Shown: piece by piece, positions 55,852 to 63,999 of the stretch | How the letters are laid out: every line of letters starts with the position of its first letter | How positions within the stretch are numbered: position 1 is the first letter of the stretch | Origin: Deltaproteobacteria bacterium | Lineage (GTDB): Bacteria > Myxococcota_A > Polyangia > Polyangiales > JADJMO01 | DNA length: 64,000 nt | Direction of reading: 5' to 3' | NCBI GenBank assembly: GCA_016182965.1 | Contig: JACPFM010000006.1 | Location: 9,160-73,159, forward strand | Notes under the pieces: generated by a model | What the model was told of the DNA's origin: nothing | Database searches by the model: none | The model's input: only the letters and a program-made list of their open reading frames with translations | Position numbers and translations under genes: made by a program

Positions 55852-56073
55852 GATGAAGATCGTGTCAGGATGCGTGCGGTGCTCGGACCTCTGCCCGCGC
55901 GCAAAGCTCGAGAGCCCGGGGCTCTTGCGCGGCAGCCGGAAGCGCCACGCGCCCGCTGGCGTCGCTCCGATGATCTCGGCGCTCGCGTCCCCGCGTAGAG
56001 GCGCGTGTGCCCACTGGTCCGCCGGTACTGCGACGTGGAAACGCGGGTCGAAGTCATCGGGAAGCAGCGGCAT
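55852..56073 (-). pseudogene. Fragment resembling the middle of a DUF2169 (T6SS-associated) domain
   Basis: 'MPLLPDDFDPRFHVAVPADQWAHAPLRGDASAEIIGATPAGAWRFRLPRKSPGL..RSEHRTHPDTIFI' resembles the DUF2169 segment '..FD.RFF.AAP.DQ...YLRGDE...L..L.P.G...F.LPG....LDT..ID'. It lacks both N- and C-terminal parts and is out of frame with the next gene. Confidence 0.4.
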
Positions 56074-56086
56074 CTTCGTCTGCTGC

Positions 56087-56137
56087 GGGGCTAAGAGATC
56101 CAAGCGTCCTTGGCGGATTCCACCGGTCGCGTTTACA
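56087..56137 (-). repeat. Hairpin element copy B
   Basis: 'ggggctaagagatccaagcgtccttggcggattccaccggtcgcgtttaca'. Its proximal end lies 14 nt upstream (minus strand) of ATG 56073. Confidence 0.85.
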
Positions 56138-56268
56138 TAGCAGACCTACGGCGCCTGCTCGGTCGACGCGGACAACCCGTCGCGCCGCTGCCCGGAGTGC
56201 CCCGTTGCTTGCGACCCGCAGGGAAACCCGACCGGGGACACCGGCTGTGGCCTCGGGGGCGAGAGCGT

Positions 56269-56487
56269 CTTGACGAGGGTGCCGTCGACCTTCTTGCCGA
56301 TGCGGCGGCCGAGCGGGTCGACGATGTACTCGATCGTCTTGCCAGGCATGGCCACGCCGAGGAGGTTGCCCCGGCTGTCCCAGGTGTACGTGGTGGTCCG
56401 CGTCACGCCGGAGACCGTCTCGGTCTTCGTCGCGAGAGGCGTGGCCGGGTTCTTCCTGCCGACGCTGCTCGGAGCGACGAAGCAGGT
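56269..56487 (-). pseudogene. RHS/YD-repeat protein fragment
   Basis: 'TETVSGVTRTTTYTWDSRGNLLGVAMPGKTIEYIVDPLGRRIGKKVDGTLVK' is classic YD-repeat periodicity (Y.YD..GNL.. / ..Y.YD.LGRR). No start, core or toxin domain is present, and the flanks are not coding-like. Confidence 0.7.
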
Positions 56488-56759
56488 CACCGGCTCGGAC
56501 GGGCGGCGTTCGCGGTGCTCGCGGGCGTGGCGGCGTGCGCGTTCGCCGCGCTGCGGCTGGTGGTCGTCACCAGCTGCCGCGATAGGCGAGGAGCGCAACG
56601 AAGTGGGCGCCGCGAGCCAACGCGGGTCCGTGAACGCACACCCAGTGTGAGAAGAGCCGTCCACCCTGCAACCGGCGGCCACTCGCTCCTCGTCGCGGAG
56701 TACGCCTCGCCCCTCCCCGAGCCGTTGTTCAACGTGGAGCTCGGCTCTACCCTGGCCCG

Positions 56760-59700
56760 ATGACGGACCGGGGGCGGCTGGTCGGGGTCTTTCTTCTTGG
56801 TGGGGCGCTCGTTTCGACGGCTTGCTCGTCCGATTCGAAAGACGGGCCCCGCGGCACGTTCCTCGAGGTGACCACGTTCGACGTGGCCGAGGCGGGTTGG
56901 GGCGATGCGCCGCTGCCGGTGCACTTCGTCTGGTCGATCAAGGCCGACGGAGGACCGCTCACCTGCAAGCTCGATTGGGACGGTGACGGCACGATCGACA
57001 AGGAGATCTCGGGGTGCCGCCCCGACACGCTCCAGGACGCAGTCGCCGACTTGCCGACGTACACCTTCACGAAGACCGGTGAGCATCACCCCAAGCTCGT
57101 CGTGAGCGACGGCGTTCGCACCGCGGAGAGGACGACGACCGTCTTCGCGAACTTCGTGAAGTACGCGCCGGGCGTGATCCTGCCGGAGAAGACCGAGGGC
57201 TTCGTCGGCGCGGAGACGAGCTGGAAGGCGCCCGCCACGTACGGCGTCGATCCGCCGCACGTCGTCCTCACGTACACGGACGCCTCCAAGGTCCCTGCGA
57301 TCGCACCGGGCACGATCCTCTGGGGCAGCGCGTACGTCATGAAGGTCACGACGGCGACTCCGTCGGGGAAGACGCTCGCCGTCGACGGGGTGAGCGTGCC
57401 CATCACCGACGCGATCCAGGACTGCTTCGTCGGCGCGCGCGATGTCGTCCCCTCGTTCGCCGGCGCGCGCTGCAACGCTGATTCGTGCAAGGACTGGGTC
57501 TACGAGCCCCTGCCGCCCGGCAAGTCGCCGATCGCAGGCGCAGACGCTGGGGCCGACGGAGGTTCGCCCACGTCGTTCAAGCGACTCGGCACGCACGCCG
57601 ATCCGCTCAAGGTCGACTTCGCCGGCAGCTTCTTCGGCCTCAAGGTCGGACTGCCGACGCTCGACATCGACGCGTTCGAGCACTCGTTCCAATTCGGCAT
57701 CGTGGTCAACAAGTTCCTCGTCGAGATCGGCGGCTTCTCGCTCAAGATCGCCGAAGTCGACATCCAGCCGAGCCTCAAATACGAGTTCAACGTCAAGGAG
57801 GCCCTCCGCGACGGGAAGTATGACTTCGGCGCGGCGCCGCTCGGCCCGCCCATCGCGATCGGCCCCATCCCGTTGATCCCGGAGGTCGCGCCCCAGCTCC
57901 GGTACAAGGTCGACGTCAAGGCGGGGGCTTCCGTGGAGTTCAAGGCGCCGATCAAGTTCGCCTACCACGACGGACCCCCGAGCAACCTTGGCTTCGAGTT
58001 CAACCCGCTGCCGACTGCCTTCCTGGGCATCACTAACTGGGAACCGACCCCTGAGGCCGCCGCCGGTCTCTCGGGGAGCCTCTCGTTCGTTCCGAAGTTC
58101 CGGCTGCGCATTCCGGGCATCGGCGGTCCCTACGTCGCGCCCGTCATCTCGGCGACGATCGAGGGGATGGCGAAGATGAAGACGCCCTCGCCTCCGGGCG
58201 CGGCCTGCAGCGATCCCGACTACGTGCCCCCCAGCGGAGGCGTGTTCTGCGGCGCGTTCAAGCTCGGCTTCGGCGGCGAGTGCGACTTCGAGCTCACGTG
58301 GCTCGAGTTCACCAAGAAGAAGCTCAGTTGGAAGACGCTCGAGTTCCAGATCGCGGAGATCGTGCTCGAGAAATGCAAGGGCTTCTGCGGAGGGACGACC
58401 GTCGACGCAGGTTCCGACGCGGCCGACGCAGCACCGGATGGCGATGCGACGGCAGGCGACGCCGTTGCCAGTGATACCAGCGTGGGCGACTCGTCGATCC
58501 CCGACGCCCCGGCAGAAGGAGGATCCGATTCGGGCACGCTCGCCGACATCACGGCCGACTGCTTCGAAGGGGCGACCGTGTCGGTCTGCGGCACGAGCTT
58601 CTACCCCGGGAGCACGATGACGCTGGTCAACGTCACGGAGGTGCCCGGCGGCATCTCGAGCTATGCGGCGGTCCTCGGCAAGCCCGAGGTCGGCGACGAG
58701 AGCTCCAACGTCCCCAGCAGCGCGAAGGTGTTCACCTTCTTCGACACCAGCAGCCTGTGGGGCGTCCCCGGATTCCCGACGCCGATCGTCGGGCGCGACG
58801 TCAATCGAGGGGGCCGATCGAACCTCATCGCGGTCTGGAAGAACTCGGCCGGCGTCTTCGAGTGGGTCACCAACATCACCGGCGGTCACTACAGCTTCAC
58901 CGGCGGCCTTCCTGTCTACCGTCAGTTCCAGTTCATCCACGAGTCGAGCTCCGCCCCCACGAGCTCTCCCTTGTCGTCGTTCGGCGCGCGGAAGGACTTC
59001 TTCCGAAGCTACAAGAGCTCCGAAGGGACGGTCTGGACCGAGCTCGACCCGCCGACCGACCTCTCGTGTGCGCCCGTCATCTCGTTTCCGAAGGACTGCT
59101 TCCAGTACGCGGAGCTGTCGATGGCCCCGATCGCGATCGACCTCGGCGCCGTTCCGGCCGGTTCGAGCTCCGCGGACGCGACCTTCGACCTGTCGAACGA
59201 CGGGAAGGACCCGAGCAGCGCGATCACGCTCTCGCTGACGGGCGCCGATGCGTCGCTCTTCTCGATCTCCGGAGGATCGTGCATGTCGGGGGTGACGACG
59301 CTCGCGGCGGGCGGGTCGTGCGCCATCAAGATGAAGTTCAACCCGCTCTCGACGACGAGCGTCGGTACGAAGACCGCGACGCTGAAGGCGACGGCCTCGA
59401 CGGGCGGAACCGTGCACGCAACCGTGACGGGCAAGGTCTCCTCCGCCGGGCTCGCGCTCTCGCCGACGCCGAAGGACTTCGGGTTCCTGCTCGCTGGCGC
59501 GAGCACGCCGGACACGACGTTCACCGTGACGAACACCGGGGGGTCGCCGAGCAGCGCGATCACGCTGTCGCTGACCGGCGCCGATGCGTCGCAGTTCACC
59601 CTCACGGGCGGCACCTGCGCCTCCGGCACCACCACGCTCGCACCGTCCGCGAGCTGCACCGTGACCGCCCGGTTCGCGCCGGGCAGCACGGCGATCGCCG

Positions 59701-60113
59701 GATCCAAGTCGGCGACGCTGTCGGCCACCGCGACGACGGGCGGGACGGCGAGCGCTGCGCTGAGCGGCGTGGTCCAGGCACCGGCGGCGCTCACCATCAC
59801 GCCGGCAGGGAAGGTCTACGGGTCGGTATCTACGACCGGCGCCGGCACCGACAGCCTCTTCACCGTGAAGAACGGCGTCGGCGGCGTCACGAGCGGAACG
59901 CTCGCGATCGCGATCGGCGGTACCCACCCCTCCGACTTCGCCATCACCGGCGGCACCTGCGTCCCGGGCACGACCAAGCTCGCGGGCGGCGCGAGCTGCA
60001 GCGTCATCGTCAGGTTCAAGCCGACATCGACGGGGGCGAAATCCGCATCGCTCGGCGTCGTGGCGACACCCGGCGGCACCCCGGCCGCCTCGCTGACGGG
60101 CACGGGCATCTGA
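56760..60113 (+). CDS. Large surface lipoprotein: PKD-like domain, ~450-aa unknown domain, Asp/Ala-rich linker, second unknown domain, three Ig-like 'choice-of-anchor D'-type repeats
   Basis: Lipobox 'LVSTACSS'. PKD-like 'PLPVHFVWS..DWDGDGTID..YTFTKTGEHHPKLVVSDG'. Three C-terminal ~95-aa repeats ('FG.V..GSSS.ATF.LSNDG..PSSAITLSLTGADAS.F...GG.C..G.T.LA.G.SC'). Confidence 0.85.
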   Translation: MTDRGRLVGVFLLGGALVSTACSSDSKDGPRGTFLEVTTFDVAEAGWGDAPLPVHFVWSIKADGGPLTCKLDWDGDGTIDKEISGCRPDTLQDAVADLPTYTFTKTGEHHPKLVVSDGVRTAERTTTVFANFVKYAPGVILPEKTEGFVGAETSWKAPATYGVDPPHVVLTYTDASKVPAIAPGTILWGSAYVMKVTTATPSGKTLAVDGVSVPITDAIQDCFVGARDVVPSFAGARCNADSCKDWVYEPLPPGKSPIAGADAGADGGSPTSFKRLGTHADPLKVDFAGSFFGLKVGLPTLDIDAFEHSFQFGIVVNKFLVEIGGFSLKIAEVDIQPSLKYEFNVKEALRDGKYDFGAAPLGPPIAIGPIPLIPEVAPQLRYKVDVKAGASVEFKAPIKFAYHDGPPSNLGFEFNPLPTAFLGITNWEPTPEAAAGLSGSLSFVPKFRLRIPGIGGPYVAPVISATIEGMAKMKTPSPPGAACSDPDYVPPSGGVFCGAFKLGFGGECDFELTWLEFTKKKLSWKTLEFQIAEIVLEKCKGFCGGTTVDAGSDAADAAPDGDATAGDAVASDTSVGDSSIPDAPAEGGSDSGTLADITADCFEGATVSVCGTSFYPGSTMTLVNVTEVPGGISSYAAVLGKPEVGDESSNVPSSAKVFTFFDTSSLWGVPGFPTPIVGRDVNRGGRSNLIAVWKNSAGVFEWVTNITGGHYSFTGGLPVYRQFQFIHESSSAPTSSPLSSFGARKDFFRSYKSSEGTVWTELDPPTDLSCAPVISFPKDCFQYAELSMAPIAIDLGAVPAGSSSADATFDLSNDGKDPSSAITLSLTGADASLFSISGGSCMSGVTTLAAGGSCAIKMKFNPLSTTSVGTKTATLKATASTGGTVHATVTGKVSSAGLALSPTPKDFGFLLAGASTPDTTFTVTNTGGSPSSAITLSLTGADASQFTLTGGTCASGTTTLAPSASCTVTARFAPGSTAIAGSKSATLSATATTGGTASAALSGVVQAPAALTITPAGKVYGSVSTTGAGTDSLFTVKNGVGGVTSGTLAIAIGGTHPSDFAITGGTCVPGTTKLAGGASCSVIVRFKPTSTGAKSASLGVVATPGGTPAASLTGTGI

Positions 60114-60135
60114 TCCAGCTCGCGCGAGAAGGCTC

Positions 60136-60513
60136 TCAACCGTCGTCGAGCACGTCGGCAACTGCGTCGCCCGTGGTCGCGTCCGACGCGACGTCGGCGC
60201 GTTCCAACGCACCGGCGTCGTCGTCGTCGATTCCAGGCGCATACCGGCAGAGCCGGTGCGAGTCCGCGCAGGAGATCTGACGGTACGGCCACTTGCAGGT
60301 GGGCACGCCGTGCTCGCACACCGGCGGCTGCAGCACGTCCAGATCGCAGCAGCAGACGCCTTTCGCGTCGCACGCCGCATCGATGCCGCCCTCGGATCGG
60401 ACGTCGGCAGCGTCGCCCTCGGGCGGCGCGTCGGCGGCGCCATCGCTGAGGACGTGCGGGGCGCACGCCGCCGGGCACCCCACGACCGTGAGCGCGAAGA
60501 GCAACGGCCGCAT
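60136..60513 (-). CDS. Cys-rich acidic lipoprotein
   Basis: ATG 60513, lipobox 'LTVVGCPA', includes 'CDAKGVCCCDLDVLQPPVCEHGVPTCKW'. Convergent with the large lipoprotein; 22 bp separate the two stop codons. Confidence 0.65.
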   Translation of the reverse strand: MRPLLFALTVVGCPAACAPHVLSDGAADAPPEGDAADVRSEGGIDAACDAKGVCCCDLDVLQPPVCEHGVPTCKWPYRQISCADSHRLCRYAPGIDDDDAGALERADVASDATTGDAVADVLDDG

Positions 60514-60540
60514 GGCATCGAGTGTACCGGATGGCGACGA

Positions 60541-60592
60541 GGGGGCTAAGAGAGCCAAGCGTCCTTGGGGATCCACCGTTCGCGTTTGCATA
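60541..60592 (-). repeat. Hairpin element copy C
   Basis: 'gggggctaagagagccaagcgtccttggggatccaccgttcgcgtttgcata'. About 47/52 identical to copy B. Lies 27 nt upstream (minus strand) of ATG 60513. Confidence 0.85.
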
Positions 60593-60658
60593 TTTCGGAC
60601 ATATGCGCAGTTCGCTCGGGACGGTCGGAATACGGGTCATGGGCCGTGAGCGTCTCTC

Positions 60659-60820
60659 GTGAGCAATGCAAGGCTCGCGGACTTCGCGACCCGCGTGCAC
60701 GAGGACTTCGCCGACGAGCTCTCGTTCGCCCGAGTCTGGGGCCACGGGAAGCACGACGGCCAGCGGATCCACCGCGACCACCCGCTCGCCGACGGCGACG
60801 TGATCGAGCTGCACCTGTAG
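60659..60820 (+). pseudogene. Isolated C-terminal TGS-domain tail of an Obg/DRG-type GTP-binding protein gene
   Basis: '(V)SNARLADFATRVHEDFADELSFARVWGHGKHDGQRIHRDHPLADGDVIELHL*' matches the DRG/Rbg TGS end ('..IH.D....F.YA.VWG...K...QRVG.DH.L.D.DVV.I'). An in-frame TGA at 60647 means no GTPase domain lies upstream. Confidence 0.55.
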
Positions 60821-60919
60821 GTGCGGAAACTGTTGAGCAACCGCCCCGCATGCGCGAGTCTTGGCAGCGGGGGGGAGGGGCGAGTCCCGTGGGCATGACC
60901 ACACAGGACTACGACGAAC

Positions 60920-62197
60920 ATGATCGTCCTCGCGCCCAACACCGCGTTCCTCTCCGAGACATCGCGAATGCTTGCGGTCTACCAGGCGCTGCGGGCGCGC
61001 GGCGCGCCCGTAACGGTGGTGACGCACGGCGGCCCCCACGAGCGGGTGCTCTCCACGCACGACGTGCCCTACGAGGTGCTGGGCCCCGGCTGGAGCCGTG
61101 AGCGTGCGGCGCGCTTCGTGACGTCGATACCTGGCATGAGTCCGCCCGGTGCGGAGCTGTACAGCGACGCGGAGCTGATTGAACTGACCCGCGCCGAGGC
61201 GGCCCACTTCGCGCGCGTGCGCGCGACCGCGGTCGTCACGGGGTTCATCCTCTCGACGCTGCTCTCGAGCCGAATGGCGCGCATCCCCCTGGTGACCACG
61301 CACGCTGCCTCCTGGGTCGCGCCGGTGATGGAGCGGGGGATGCTCCCGGTGCCGTCGAAGAACGTCCTGCCGCTGCAGCGCTGGCTGCCCGAGCGGGTGA
61401 AACGCTTCCTCGCCAACGTGGGACCGATGCGCGGGACGGTGGGCTGCGGAGTGTTCAACCGGGCGGCGCGCACGCTCGGCGTCGAGGGCGTGCCCAGCCT
61501 CGCGGCGCTGCTGATGGGCGATCTCACCCTCGTCACGGACGTGCCCGAGGTGCTCGGCATCTCCCGCGCGGAGTTGGAGGCGTGGCGACCGCGCAATCCG
61601 AGGTACTTCCGAAGCGAGCCGAAGCTCCGCTACGTGGGCCCCATGTTCGCGAAGCTCGATCTACCCGTGTCGCCGCAGGTCGAGGAGTTCCTCGCCGGGC
61701 CCCGGCCCATCGTCTACGTCGCGATCACCTCCAGCACGCCGGGGCTCGTGCGCGGGGTGGTGCGCGCGGTGCGAGCGGCCGGCACGCGAGCGCTGGTGGC
61801 GAGCACGGTGCACGAGGTGGGCGACGTCGCAGGCGACGGCGTGCTCGTCGAGCAGGTGCTGCCCAGCCATCTCATCATGCCGAAGGTCGACCTGGCGGTG
61901 ACGGCCGGCGGTCAGGGCAGCGTGCAGACGGCGATGACGTCGGGCACGCCGCTGATCGGCATCCCGCTGCAGCCCGAGCAGGACTTCAACGTCGTGCTGA
62001 TGGAGCGGCACGGCGCCGCGCGCCGGCTCGCGGAGGCGCACGCGGCATCGCCGGCGCTCACCGAGCTCGTACGCACGATGCTCGCCGACGAGCGGTACAA
62101 GGAAGCGGCGCAGCGGGTGCAGCGCTGGTACGCAGGCGTCGACAGCGCGGGCGCCGCGGCGGACGCCATCCTGGAGTGCGCGAGCCAACGAAGCTGA
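60920..62197 (+). CDS. GT1-family (UDP-glycosyltransferase/MGT-like) glycosyltransferase
   Basis: GT-B C-terminal nucleotide-sugar motif 'VTAGGQGSVQTAMTSGTPLIGIPLQPEQDFN'. 425 aa. Confidence 0.8.
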   Translation: MIVLAPNTAFLSETSRMLAVYQALRARGAPVTVVTHGGPHERVLSTHDVPYEVLGPGWSRERAARFVTSIPGMSPPGAELYSDAELIELTRAEAAHFARVRATAVVTGFILSTLLSSRMARIPLVTTHAASWVAPVMERGMLPVPSKNVLPLQRWLPERVKRFLANVGPMRGTVGCGVFNRAARTLGVEGVPSLAALLMGDLTLVTDVPEVLGISRAELEAWRPRNPRYFRSEPKLRYVGPMFAKLDLPVSPQVEEFLAGPRPIVYVAITSSTPGLVRGVVRAVRAAGTRALVASTVHEVGDVAGDGVLVEQVLPSHLIMPKVDLAVTAGGQGSVQTAMTSGTPLIGIPLQPEQDFNVVLMERHGAARRLAEAHAASPALTELVRTMLADERYKEAAQRVQRWYAGVDSAGAAADAILECASQRS

Positions 62198-62577
62198 CGC
62201 GATGGTCGTCGAATCGAGCGACGATCGCGCGACCATCGAGGCGACGCTCGAAGCGGGAGGGAAGATCTGCGCGACGGTGTCGCGGCACGTTCGTCGCCGT
62301 CAAGGACGGGTCACCCGGCGTATCACCGCTTGTGATTCGCCTCCCACCCGCCGATTCGCGAACACATCGATCGGAATAGGCGGACAGGTCGCGCGGGCGG
62401 TCCTCCGCGCCGCCGCGTGTCGTCAGACCGAGCTGCAGCGAGTCGAAGGCGTGCCACCGCGTGACGCCGTCCACCGCGCGCGACGGACGCGCCGACACCA
62501 CGCCCGCGTCAGGCTGCGACGTCCACCCTCAAGGGCAAGGGCTGCGATACCGAGCGACCGCTCGCGAAGCAGCGGGA

Positions 62578-63174
62578 TCAGCGCAGCAGCCCGCGCGCCT
62601 TCGCAGCCGCGACGAAACGATCCTTGGCGAGTTGATAGCGCTTGCGCAGGCGGGCGCTCTCGCGCTCGAGCGCGGCCTCGTCGGCCTGCTCACCGAGGAA
62701 CACGCGAGAGAGCTCGCGCCACGACAGGCCCTCTTCGAGCCTCAGGAGCAGGAGCGTGCGATCCTCTTCGCTGAACGAGGACCGCAGCTCGGCGCGCGCG
62801 CGATCGATGTTGCTGCTGGTCTCGGTGCGCAGGCGCTCCGCGAGCTTCTCGACCTCGCTGGCTTGCGAGAGCGGGACCTCGCCCGCGCGCCGCTCGCCGA
62901 GGCGCGCGTGATCGACCGCGGCGTGACGCGCGAGCAGGAAGCACCACGAGCGCAGCGAGCACTGCCAGCCGAACTGGGGAAGGCTCGTCCACAGTCGCTC
63001 GGCGAACACCGAGAACGCGTCGCCGGCACGGGTCTCGTCGCCGAGGAGCGACCGCAAGAACCGGAGCACCTCGGGGCCGCGCCCCTGCAAGGCGAGCGTG
63101 GTCGCGCGGGCTGCATCCCCCTCTTCGAGCGCAGCGAGAACGGACGCCTCGAGCGCCCCCTGCTCCTCCTTCAT
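62578..63174 (-). CDS. ECF-type RNA polymerase sigma-70 family factor
   Basis: Region 2-like 'FSVFAERLWTSLPQF..SLRSWCFLLARHAAVDHAR'. Region 4 HTH 'LLLLRLEEGLSWRELSRVF'. 198 aa. Confidence 0.75.
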   Translation of the reverse strand: MKEEQGALEASVLAALEEGDAARATTLALQGRGPEVLRFLRSLLGDETRAGDAFSVFAERLWTSLPQFGWQCSLRSWCFLLARHAAVDHARLGERRAGEVPLSQASEVEKLAERLRTETSSNIDRARAELRSSFSEEDRTLLLLRLEEGLSWRELSRVFLGEQADEAALERESARLRKRYQLAKDRFVAAAKARGLLR

Positions 63175-63203
63175 GACGAAAGTCTATCCAAGGCTTCACA
63201 TCC

Positions 63204-63228
63204 GGAAAGCCGCCGACGTCTACCCGTC
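63204..63228 (+). promoter_or_regulatory. ECF-type promoter candidate (GGAAA-N16-CGTC) upstream of the Cys-rich lipoprotein gene
   Basis: 'GGAAAgccgccgacgtctacccCGTC' ends 12 nt before ATG 63241, in the divergent region shared with the ECF sigma gene. Confidence 0.25.
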
Positions 63229-63240
63229 GGAGGTCATGGA

Positions 63241-63999
63241 ATGAGGACTCTGGCTCTCGTCTTCCTGGGGATGTTCTTGGGTTGTAGCTCGTCCGACGAG
63301 CCGTCGGCGCCGGCGACCGTCACCGACTCGGGGATGGACGCGCCGGTCATCGTCGACAGCGAGGTCGCCGAGACCCCGGCCGCCGACGCAGGCGCCAAGT
63401 GTGCACCCCGACCCATCACCGGATGGACGCCGGGCTGGTATCCGCCGAGCGGGGCGCATCAAGGCAAGTGCACCGCGACCGAGATCGACGAGCTGGTGGC
63501 CGCGTGCTTGGGCCCCGGCGCGCCGCCCGATGGGTGCAACGCCACGCGCGCGAAGTTGGCCACGTGCGCGGCGTGCGTGAGCTCGGACGCCTACGCGACG
63601 CCCACCGCCGCGCTGCTCGAGTACAAGACCCCGCTGATGTTGCTCGATCGCAACGTCGGCGGCTGCGTCGCCTTGAAGCTCGGGGACTCGACGAAGGACG
63701 GCTGCGGCGCCAAGGTCCGCGCCGCGATCGACTGCGGCCTGCAGGCGTGCGGCGCCCAGTGCCCCTTCGATCCGACCAGAGGCTTCGCCGCGCTCAACGC
63801 GTGCCAGAAGAAGGCGTTCGCCGACCCGAGCCTCTGCAAGACGTACTTCGACGCCGCCGATCAGTGTGTGGCCGAAGCCGGCGACAAGGTCACCGAGTGT
63901 TCGTTCTACCTGACCGGCGAGCCCGTGGCGGATGTGTTCAAGCGCTACGCGACGCTGTTCTGCGTCGCGGCGCCGACGTCGGACGCCGGCACCGACTAG
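63241..63999 (+). CDS. Cys-rich lipoprotein, unknown function
   Basis: ATG 63241, lipobox 'GMFLGCSS', 17 Cys in the 252-aa precursor, high GC3. Stop at 63997-63999. Confidence 0.75.
   Translation: MRTLALVFLGMFLGCSSSDEPSAPATVTDSGMDAPVIVDSEVAETPAADAGAKCAPRPITGWTPGWYPPSGAHQGKCTATEIDELVAACLGPGAPPDGCNATRAKLATCAACVSSDAYATPTAALLEYKTPLMLLDRNVGGCVALKLGDSTKDGCGAKVRAAIDCGLQACGAQCPFDPTRGFAALNACQKKAFADPSLCKTYFDAADQCVAEAGDKVTECSFYLTGEPVADVFKRYATLFCVAAPTSDAGTD

Noticed and set aside
56487-60518. 1343-aa minus-strand ORF, the longest in the window
   Set aside because: It runs antisense to the PKD/Ig-repeat lipoprotein gene, whose frame has a lipobox, domain repeats and high GC3. The antisense translation is Arg/Gly/Asp low complexity. 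Only its extreme ends touch real minus-strand features (the RHS fragment region and the Cys-rich lipoprotein), and those are in other frames.
62058-62501. 147-aa minus-strand ORF as the anti-sigma factor of the ECF sigma
   Set aside because: It lacks the HxxxCxxC zinc motif and any TM helix. GC3 bias holds for only ~43 codons, and the ORF runs antisense into the GT1 gene.
62202-62774. 190-aa plus-strand ORF starting 5 nt after the GT1 stop
   Set aside because: Only the first ~29 codons look coding-like. The rest has poor GC3 and overlaps the ECF sigma gene antisense. At most it is a short gene remnant.
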